This document shows positions 53,350 through 64,000 of a stretch of 64,000 nt of DNA, piece by piece. The notes below the pieces were generated by a model. It did not search any database. It saw only the letters and a list, made by a program, of their open reading frames with translations, and was not told the DNA's origin. How positions within the stretch are numbered: the stretch's first letter is position 1; the number at the start of each line of letters is the position of its first letter. The position numbers were made by a program, and so were the translations under genes. Source of the DNA: Lama glama. Its lineage: Eukaryota. Location of the stretch: assembly GCA_028534125.1 (NCBI GenBank), contig CM052817.1, positions 74,898,001 to 74,962,000 on the forward strand, read 5' to 3'.

Positions 53350-54755
53350 TAAACTTTTTATTTTAGAGTTGTTTAGATTTACAGAAAAACTGCAAAGATA
53401 GTACAGAGAGTTCCTGTATACCGGCACCCACTCTGTCTTATTTCAGTGTGGTACATTCATCACAATTCATGAACCAATATGGATCAATTATTAACTAAAG
53501 CCCATGCTTTATTCATATTTCTCTCAGTTTTTCCTTACTATCCTTCTTCTGCTTCAGGATACCACATTACATTTAAGTATTTGTCTCCTTAGGCTCCTTT
53601 TGGCTCCTCCTCCTTTTATTTACAGCAGTTTTAGGTTTACACAAGTAAGAAAAAGTACAGAGTTCCCATATACCCTCTTTTCCTTGTATCCCCTCACAGA
53701 GTCCCTATTAGTTACAACTGATGAATTAATATTGATACATTAATATTAACTAAAGTCCATAGTTTATATCAGGGTTCCTTGCTTGTGTTGTAAATTCTAT
53801 GGGTTTTGACAAACATAGAATATCATGAATCCACCATTACAATTTCATGTAGAATAGTTTCACTTCCCTAAAAATCCCGTGCACTTATTCATCCCTTCTC
53901 TCTCCTCTTGGCAACCACTGTTCTTTTTACTGTCTTCATAGTTTTGCCCTTTTGAGGATATCATTTAACTGGAATTATACTGTCTGTAGCCTTTTCAGAT
54001 TGGCTTCCTTTAGCAATACGCATTTAAGATTCCTTCATGTCTTTTTGTGGCTTCACAGCTCATTTGTTTTTATTGCTGAATAATATTCTATTACCTGGAT
54101 GTACCATGGCTTGTTTATCCATTGACCTTTTGAAGGACATCTCAGTTACTTCCAAGTTTTGGCAATTATGAATAAAGCTGCTGTAAACATTCACGTGCAG
54201 GTTTTTGTGTAGACATAAGTTTCCAACTCAGTTGAATGAATACCAAGGAGTGCAATTCCTGGATGGTATGGTATGTTTAGTTTTGTAAGGAACTGCCAAA
54301 TTGTTTTCCAAAGTGACTGTACCATTTTGCATTCCCACCAGCAATGAAAGTTTCTGTGGCTCCACATCCTTCCCGGCATTTGGTGATATCAGTGCTTTGG
54401 CTTTGGCCATTCTAATAATGTGTGGTAGGGGTATCTCTTTGTTTTAATATGCACTTCCCTAATGACATAAGCATGCTGTTGAGTATCTTTCCATATACTA
54501 TTTGCTATCTATTTATCTTTTTAGTGAGGTATCTGTTCAGTTATTTTGCCTACCTTTCATTTTGGTTGTTTTCTTCTTGCTGAGTTTTTAGAGTTTTTTT
54601 ATATATTTGGATGCAAGTCCTCTATCGGCTGTGTGTTTTACAAATAATTTCTCTGGCTTGTCTTTCCATTCTTTTCACAGCGTCTTTTGAAGAGTAGAAG
54701 TTTTGAATTTTTAATGAAGTCCTTCATATAAATGTTTTTTTTCATGGATAATGCT
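53350..54755 (-). mobile_element. Old L1 (L1MB/MC-like) 3' region
   Basis: tttacagaaaaactgcaaagatagtacagagagttcc, ttttggcaattatgaataaagctgctgtaaacattc, ccattttgcattcccaccagcaatg. The minus-strand ORFs CWWECKMVQSLWKTIWQFL and KDVEPQKLS are L1 ORF2 C-terminal remnants. Confidence 0.9.
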
Positions 54756-57700
54756 TGGAATAAAGTTTATTTGATAAACTGACAATACAAAAAGGCAGAT
54801 CAGTTTTTATCAAGCATCTTTTATGTATATAACACTGTGATATGGACTAGGGCAAAGTGAGGTGGGAAAGAGACAATTTAGGAAACATTCCTTGTGTTTA
54901 AGGAATATTGCTGGTGATCATAAAGAAATTGTTCTATATATTTCTTTACACACCATTTTATAGTCTTGCCTAAATGTGTTTAAAGTGAAATGAGAGGTGA
55001 GCTCAATTGTGTGCTCTTGAGAGTTATCCAATAAATATTAATACAGATTAGCTTCAAAGCCAAAAATATCCAGTGAAGAGACAATAAAATTAGCTTTAAA
55101 ATTTCCCTTTGACAATTTCTTTGCCTTTTTCCAAAGGGAAAATTAAGATTTGGAAAAGAAGAGAATTGAAAAAATGAGGACTTATTTCAAAAGTTTATTT
55201 TTTTTTTAAGTTGAGAAAATATTACTCTATACTTCTATACTATGAATAATGTCTGTTGAGCATTTTAAAATTTTCAAAATATGGTCACATAGTATTTCAC
55301 TTAGTGTATAAAATAATTCTAGGTATTGTTATCTTTATTTCAGATTATTTCAGAGATTAATAATTCATCTAGAAAGTGGTCTGGCTCAACCAGGCTCTGA
55401 AATCTGAATCTTATGATTCCAACCTCTCGTTCCTCATAGTTCCTGTGGGAACTCTGGCTACCGTGCTAGGTTTGACATCATCTACTTAACTGATGGTTAG
55501 CGGAACTTTAAATATTTTAGCTGTGCTATGTATATTTTACTTAAAACAGCCACTTGAGTTTCAGAATTTAATGTTTTAAAGGAAGGAGTTAAAACTCACA
55601 TAAATGAATTAGTATTTAAACAGTGCTATGTATTTATAATTTAGTTTCATACTGCTATAGATAGTAAGTGCTTGGAATTTCAAATAAAGAAGTGAGACTC
55701 AAATAGCAAAGCATCTATTTAAAAAAATTTTTAGTTGAGATTTTAGAAAAAACACCTTCTTGCTCATTACTTTTGTTTACATGCTAGGATTCCAGAGGTG
55801 TTTCGGATATAAAAATTTTTACCTGGGTGTGCACTACTAATTTGGACTCAATTTGAAAAGCTTAGGACTCATTTATTTTGACAATAACCTGAATTAATAA
55901 TGCATTTCTTCATATTTTTTTCTTATCTGATAGGAACAGGATAGGCTGCAAACATACTTCGGTGTTGCTTTGCCTTCTAATCTTAAAATTACTGTTTCTG
56001 TTTTAAAGAAGACTAGTTTTAGATGTAGTGGTCGGTGAGTGGAAGAATAAGACATAGAAAATAGCTCTATCTCAGTGTTATTTCCAAATTGGTATGATGT
56101 CTTCCAGTGGACACCTATTCTGCTGACTTCTAGATGTTTATGTTGAATAATTAATGTGTTCTTTACATCTCTTTTTGACAGAGGAACACATTAAACATAA
56201 TTTTAAAACTTATATTTGAGCTTTTGTTTTCAAAACCAAGTGGTGAAGGCAATTGTCTATACCAGTTTTGTATGAATCCTGGAAACCTGTGCAGTCATAA
56301 CGTCTATCTCCTGCTAAGGAGTTCTCTTGTTATTTAAAGTTATGTCTTTGTCTTTAAAGTGAACTTCCATGAAGACATTGCTCCTCTGATTTTGGTTATA
56401 CCACCTCAATTCAAGATGTAAAAGCTGATTAGTAATTCTGCTTTTATTCATGAGTCATAATGGTCAATACATTCTGTATTGTCTTTTCTAGGGACACTGT
56501 TTAAGGATAAATCTCAGGGAAACTGCTAAAAGTATGCTCCAGCATCTGTTTCATTTTTGAAAGCCATATTTGACCCTGCTATTTGGTTCAGATTGATGTC
56601 AAATTGTTAAGATACATCTATATGTCTCAAACAGAATGCAATGACTTTTTTGATAGAGTGCTCTACCTGTTAAAAATCATATTCTTATTCCCATTCAATA
56701 AAACTTGTACAAGTGGAGTACTTAGTAGATACTTGAAACTGTTCCATGATCTCAGCAGGAACCACAATAAATAAAAGTAATTGCCCTTATATCTAAAAAA
56801 AGTAAATTTCTGTTGAACAAACAAAAACAAACTAAAGCTGCATAAAAGGTAGCATGAAAATGAGGATGTAATAGAAGCAACTAGACAGAAGTAAATGCTT
56901 AGAGAGTCCAAATTAAAGAGCAGAGAAGCACAGTGTTGATCAGAGGGTGTTTCATTAAGTAACTGAGTTTTAAGCAGATCTTTGACGAGACTGTAACCTT
57001 TGACCCAGTGTAAGAAAAGGAGCGAGCGTATGCAAAGGTGAATTATTTACTATCATATTGTTTTGTAAATTTTATTTCTCTTCTCCCCCTTCTCTGATTT
57101 TGGAGCGAACTGGGCTGTTTTAAGTGACATCCCACAGTTTGAATATCTAGCTGTGAGAATATACTTTATTTCCACATTTTCCACAAAATGACATACTGTC
57201 CAATTCCTGCACCTTTTTGTACATGTGTCTAAGTAGCTTCCACATATATAGTGACTTTCCATTAGCTAATGTTTTCTTAAATATACTGATCAATGACAAA
57301 CAGAGAATATTAGGGCCTGGAAGGTACTGGAATATGTTAAAGTGAATTTCAAATAACCAGGGAAATATTGCATTATTTTAGAGTATTTTTACTTGTCAAA
57401 TATTAATTTTAAGTACTCATCACATGCAAATATGCTAGAAGTTAGTAAGGGTTTTGTTTTTGCTTTTTTTTTTTTAATGTGTGAAACAGGGTCTCTATCC
57501 TCAAGGGTAATCACTATGAAGAAAAACATGTACCTAAGTAATTATAATAAAAAGCTTAAAAAATGTCAAGTATTTTATTAGCAAAGTTCTCTGAAAGTTC
57601 AAAAGAGGCTTGACATTACTGTCTTGTGCCAGACAACGGGCAAAATACAGAATGAGCAGGCCAAAGGGTACAAAATAAGACAGGTGAGACAGAGAGGTTT

Positions 57701-59239
57701 ATGAGCCAGATGGGAAGATTTATGTACTTCAGATGGTTTATTGAAGAGGGCTGGAAATAAATAGTCTTCAAAAAATTTAATCTTTAAAATTAGAATAATC
57801 TGGCAAGTGTGGCTTGATCAGATCAATCATGGCTGTTATATGAGATTTGGACATGATAGGGGAATCCAGCAATAAAAAAGGAGGTTATTAAAATAATATT
57901 TGGGCTTTAAGAGCTTTGATGGTGGTAGCCATGAATGGAAAGAAAGAGAAAAATGGAGTGCCTTGCAGAGGAACAAAACACAGGACTTGCCAACTTGCTT
58001 ATGTGCCAAGAAATAGAGAGGAAATAGAGAAAGCTTTGTGCCTTAGTGTCAGAGCCCATTCATAGATTGGGAGCCTATTCATAGAAAGATATCGAAGTCA
58101 AAGGGAAGAGTGTGAATGGTGACATCAGGGGGGTGTTAACACTATTTTAGTTGAATTAAAATGACCTGAAAATTAATTATACATATGATATTCTTCCATA
58201 AATGCATGCTTATCTCCCAAATTTAACCATTTATAAAAGGATAGGAAAAAAACCAGAATTATAACTACGCTTGAAACAGTAAGATTCATTCAGACATTTA
58301 GGGACATTATTAAAAACTTGTAGGTATGGACACCTAATTCCTATTAATTTGTATGTTAATACAGAAGTAAATTAATGTTAATTTCATAATAAAAATTCAT
58401 TCCCATCTGTAATGATAATCATTTTGATGATCTAGATCCGTGGCCTCACAACTATCAGTGAATATTTTGAGACGGTGTCCTTAATACATGGGTATTTATT
58501 TTTATAAATCATATACTTGTACTCTTATCATCACTTATATACTTTATAAAACATGCAAAATCGAAACGAGTAAATGAAATGAACATTATTTTAAATATTT
58601 TGTTCTGTTTATTAACAACCTAGCACCTTTTCTGGTGCTAACAAAAATCATAATGCTTTAGCTGAACGGAATGTGACTGAACAAGTCAGTCTGATTAGAG
58701 ATCCTGTTTGAAACCTATAATGTGACTTGACTGACAAAACATGCACTGAGGAAATGGGAGCACTGTCACTTTGCCATTTTCTTGCTGTTCATTTGTGCTT
58801 GAGTTACTGGTATTACATTTAATCAGCAGTCTCTTCCAAGGAAGAGTTTTCAAACTATTTGCTTCATCTGGGAGGGTTAATTTAGTCAAACTGGAGCATA
58901 AAAATCTGTAAATGCCTTTGTATGGTTTTATAAACTACAACATGTAGTAACAGACTGAACTCGAAGAAAGCAGTGAGGTTGCTACTGTCAACCCTGTTCA
59001 CTGTCACTCCCTCTCTCTTCCAAGGATGCTGTGCATGTGGTCTAAGACAGGAGGCTGCCTGAGATTCAGCCTCGTGGGGCATTGGGGTTTTCACCTCTAC
59101 AAAATAATATTGTAGGTCAGTATCTTTCTTAGTTTTAGATGAGTATCAATGTCCTAAAACTTTTTTCCTAAATGCCAATGGACTGCCTTCTGTTCAACCC
59201 GCAGTGGTTGTCAAAACTTCTTATAGGAGTTAATGTCAC

Positions 59240-59465
59240 ATTATAGTTAAGAGTTCATGAGTCAGTAATGCATGGGTTCAAAACGAGCTCTACCAGTTAC
59301 CTACTTATGCCTTCTCTCTCTTAACTCTCCCATCTGTAAATTGAGGACGTTCTATACTTTGTAGACTTGCTGGGAAGAATAACTGAAGTAACATGTAATG
59401 CTCCCATATATGGACAATGTACGGTCCATAAGAAGCCTTCAATGAGGACAAATTGTTGTTGTTGT
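59240..59465 (+). mobile_element. MIR SINE
   Basis: atagttaagag...tgggttcaaa...catctgtaaattgagga...ttgttgttgttgttat. Confidence 0.7.
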
Positions 59466-59816
59466 TATATGGCAACAAAGAATCCATCTGAGGCCATGCA
59501 GGTTCCCCAACGTGTGAAATTATATTATTATATCCACGAAATCAAATGTACATATTTACTGTTTACTGGAGATATTTGACTCGACCTCAAACATCCTTTC
59601 TTTCTGTCAGTCTTCAATATGTTTTAACTTCCAATGTGTGGGGGCCCATGTGTCAACTGTAGCTGGGATATATTAGCAGATTCCTTCCTCTCTTCTAGAA
59701 CATTAATTTTCAATATGGGTTAGAATATATTTCTATAAAAATAATCTGATGAAGTTATTATTTAAAGATGAAACAAAACAACCGTGACCCAATCTCTTTC
59801 TTGGAAGAGAACTCTT

Positions 59817-60074
59817 TGGTTTTTTTTAACATTTTTTATTGATTTATAATCATTTTACAGTGTTGTGTCAAATTCCAGTGTTCAGCACAATTTTTCAGTC
59901 ATTCATGGACATATACACACTCATTGTCACATTTTTTTCTCTGTGATTTATCATAACATTTTGTGTATATTTCCCTGTGCTATATAGTGTAATCTTGTTT
60001 ACCTATTCTACAATTTTGAAATCCCAGTCTATCCCTTCCCACCCTCTACCCCCCCTGGTAACCACAAGTCTGTA
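59817..60074 (-). mobile_element. Young 5'-truncated L1 3' end with a perfect 16-bp TSD
   Basis: TSD TTGGAAGAGAACTCTT at 59801-59816 and 60075-60090; T-run then aacattttttattgatttataatc; same family as 21798-21896. Confidence 0.9.
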
Positions 60075-60254
60075 TTGGAAGAGAACTCTTGATAAGAGAT
60101 TCAGTATAATTTGCATTTCAAATGTAATGGGAGTTATGCTCCATCATTTCATGTAATTATTTGAATATCTCTTCCTTGGCTAACAATGATTTGCTTGGTT
60201 TTGCACAGAAAAGCAGGGTTCTTGGTTTCTTGAAGCAGTACTGATAGTTAATTT

Positions 60255-60558
60255 CGGGACCCCTTTCAAAATGTCCATTAAAGTCAACCTCGACCAAGCT
60301 ATTTAATAATGCAGCCACTTCCAAATCTCGCCCAATACTCTTTATCCTGTTCTATGTTTTCTTTATATTCCATAGGACTTAACATCTTCAATATGTCATG
60401 TAATTTACTTATTTATTATATATGTTAACCGTCTCCCCCACCACACACATTCTAATGAGGGTAGGGAACCTATCTTTCTTTGTACCCTGATATATCCCAT
60501 GAGGCTAAAAAAGCACCTGGAACATAGAGTGCTCAATAAATATGCATGGAATGAATGA
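60255..60558 (+). mobile_element. L2 3' end
   Basis: Ends gcacctggaacatagagtgctcaataaatatgcatggaatgaatga. Confidence 0.75.
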
Positions 60559-63500
60559 TGATAGTGTTTGGAACCAATGGAAATCAGTTACTAGGAGGTA
60601 GGTGCTCAAATTTCACAGCACCAGGGTGCAGATATTTTGAGTGGAGCTGCAATTACTGTTAGTTGGCTGAGATGAATAGAGAATCATGCTCAAATGTACA
60701 CCATGTTTTTGTTAGTTACTGAGCCATTTTATATAGCTGGGTATTTAAGCCTATTCGGTTAGATAATCAGACTATATGATAAGGAAAATATTACAATTTG
60801 AAGAACACTTTGATCTTGTGAAAAGTAAACCCCTAAAGTTAAACAAAATTAACGGCTTTCACTTTTCCTGTTAATTAATCAGCAAGCTAGAACTAACTAG
60901 GTATTCATGATTAACTAACCAGAAAATGCCACGCTGAATGGAGAAAACCATAAAAATCTCAATAGACACTTTGAGCAGCAACAGAAAAATCTCTGAATAA
61001 ATTATCTGCTTTTCTTAGAATAGGTCACTTCAAGAAGTCTCTGAAATTCTGATTTGTAACTATTACAAATCATTGAAGTGGTACCATAAGTGTAAATTTA
61101 GAGACTGAAATGTGTGCTGAACTGTCTGCTCTAATTCACACAATTCCTCCAATTCCTCTCCCAGAATCTCAGAGAAGCATTTAAGTTATTGTTTCTCTTT
61201 TTTTTCCAATATCATCTAAACTGGGCAGGAAGTTATACAGTTATGAATTGTTGTTTAATGATATAATCAGATGAAGCCAGAGCTATCTGTTAGGGGAATT
61301 GTGAACCTGGAATCAGCACATGAAACATTTACGATGATATGATAACACATTTTAATTTGAATTAAGAAAAGATTAAATTCATAATAATTTGTACTATGAT
61401 TCATTTTCAATAAACTGATACCTCTATTTTCACTTAGAAGTAATGAAAGATGTATTTTGACATCTCTTTTATAAAATTATTATCACTATACTGCTAAAAT
61501 TCTGACATTGAAATGCAACGTTAATCTGAAAAAGCATCTACTTTAGACACGTGTACAGTTGTTTTGTGTACCCCAATACATTTCTTCTAGGCCACCATAT
61601 ATGATCAGAGACTAAGCGATGTTAAATGATCCTAAAACTTCTGTGCAAATTTTATTTGAATTCTCCAAAATTATCTTCCCAGCCATTTGTTTTAATTAGA
61701 ATGCCCTGGTTTTTATTTGTTTCCTATATTGTACATTTGATTTTTACAAATACCTTTTATAATTTCTCTATGATAATCATCTCTTTTAAAATCTCTTGTT
61801 ACTGTAAGAAAAAAACCTTCATTTTTTGATGCATTAAAATTATAATGCAGTAAAGATTTAAAGTAGAAATGTGGATTGTCTACTGACAGAGTGAGTTTTC
61901 TGAAGCTTGCTTTTCCTATCTTTAAAATAGAAATAAAAAGACCTACCTTGAAGAATTAATATGAGATATAAATGATATAAATCATGAAAACCTGCCTTGT
62001 GCATATACTTTTTATGTATGAAGAAGTAGAATACTATGGTCATAAGACTGCTTAAATTCCTACAGGGAGTTCATCTTAGAGTAGAGATTGGGATGCATAT
62101 TTCCCGGCCCCTCATCTTTTTACTATGCTATGCTATTATTCATGTCTACCTCCAAATTGTAGTGTCAGAGAATGCCTTTTCACCTCAAGGACATTTTTAA
62201 GTCATAGTAATAAGCAAGAGGCGTTCTAAGGTCCAAATGTTCATCTCTTACTTCTGTTTCCAAAGTTCCATCTCCGATCTGGAGGCCCTTACTTTCTGCA
62301 GCAAACCTCGTGCCCCTCCTTGTACCTGTCAGAAAGGTGATCAGCCTGGAATCAAATAAACATCCCTCATTTTCATTACCGCCAACTCCTTAAGTTATTT
62401 CAACAAGGCCAATATTAAAAATCCAATTTTCATTCAGTATGCAGCCTTCCGCTGGTTTAAATTGAGAACTCAAATTACTTGCCAGTATGAGGCTCTTCTT
62501 TCAGGCTAAATTAGAAAAGGACTCTGAAGAATTCCTTTTTACGTGTTCATAGGTGGCCTCATAGACCAAAATGAAAAAAAAAAAGTCACATTTAGAAGAA
62601 ATAACTACTTACTGTTACTTCAATGCATTCTTGAAAATCAATGATGCTGCAGGGTGTTCAGTTGAACAGGTTTCCATGAAGCAGCTATCTGACCTGGCCA
62701 GGCTGTACTTAGTTAAACGGAGGGACCCTGGAGGGAGTCATGTATTATCTCTTGAATCTTCTCTCATTTCTGTATTATCCAGGCTGATGCTATTGCCTGT
62801 TGCATAGCAAATACGATTCTTTTTTCCAACTTTGGAGCTGCTGTGTTTGTGGGGTACTTTTTACTCCACTGCAGCTCTACCTATTATAAAAATTACTCTT
62901 CCTCCAAATCTGCTTATACATCTAAAATTTCCATCATGTTTTTCTCAATTCTTTATTAGGAGAGCATTTCCATCTTATTTTCATTTTACTTCTCTTAGGA
63001 TATTTAGTCATCAACATAGATGAAGGAGATAGAACAAGTTAAAAAACGGAGATACATTCTTCAAGTTTCTAAAGAAAACATATATCTGTAAAATGGGTGA
63101 TAACAGCATCAAAAATTCATAAAATCAGCTCTTAAAGGTGAGAGGTATGTCACCATTCTAATTGTTTGGTGACAGATTTTTCCCATAAGGTAGAAAATAA
63201 TGTCCACCTGCATTTATAAGTAATCTGAATATATAGGAATAACATTATATCCAAGGAAAGCTGTGTAAATGATTCAGTCTTGTAGTTTTTGTAGGTCTAT
63301 TCTTAACTTCCTACATGACAGCAAGGGCTTAGGAAGAAAGAACTTAATCTTATTTTCATATTTCTTTTATAAACAAACACACACAATGCACTGTCCTGAG
63401 TCTAGGCCCTGTATTGGACTGAACTGAACTGAATATACCACTGGATTTCTTAATATACCCAGAGAGAAATATGACTCATTATGGAAGAATTAGGTAAGTG

Positions 63501-64000
63501 ATGTTCTTTTTGCCCACTCCAACCATCAAAATCCTGATTTTAATATAAGAGTAATATTTCCCTGGTTCTAGGGGTTTTAAACTTGCATCCTTTTGAAGAG
63601 GATTAAAGGATTTGTTGGAAATGACACTCTATATTGGAAATTATATGTAGCCTATGATACATAAATATCTACAATACATTGTGATAGTCATCTCTGGTTT
63701 TCCTCCACTGATGATAACTTAAGTACTGTGGCTAATGGAATCGTTCTGCTTTGGACTGGATTTCTGTGCTTAGAGGGCCCGGGGATTAATCATTTCCACC
63801 AGAGGCTCTTATTATCCCTTGCCTGCTTTCCCGTTCTGTTCTCCAGTCTCAGAATTCTTCAACTGTCCACAAAACTTAGCGTTTGCTTTGCTAGATGCAA
63901 GAAAGCTGTTTCATTCTGCAACATTCTCCTTCTGTCCCCTCAAGTGAGCATCATATATCTACAGCCTCTTCTGGAGATTCTTTTTTTTTTTTTTTTACTG

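Noticed and set aside
1..64000. Prokaryotic-type systems (operons, CRISPR, defence islands) or a new multi-gene system
   Set aside because: The window is mammalian intronic DNA explained by one spliced gene, retrocopies and known repeat classes.

Overview
AT-rich, CpG-depleted mammalian genomic DNA with a 500-N assembly gap at 2408-2907. The whole window appears to lie inside one minus-strand gene, NDST4 (heparan sulfate N-deacetylase/N-sulfotransferase 4). Four internal coding exons of 88, 155, 186 and 129 bp, all with GT-AG boundaries, splice into one continuous 186-codon frame from the N-deacetylase region; the start and stop exons are outside the window. The introns hold ordinary mammalian repeats: L2, MIR, old and young L1 fragments, MLT/LTR33-type LTRs and hAT MITEs. 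The style of the young L1 3' ends and the lack of any Alu, Bov-tA, PRE or Can-SINE that I can recognise suggest a camelid (inference). The most notable region is an old L2 in the 23.6-kb intron. It contains a full-length, disabled GAMT processed pseudogene (~18105-19150), a second poly(A)-signal-bearing insert of unknown parent (~19215-19505), a possible ~105-bp insert, and a perfect hairpin. I found no evidence of a new multi-gene system. Repeat family names are from memory of consensus sequences and their boundaries are approximate.
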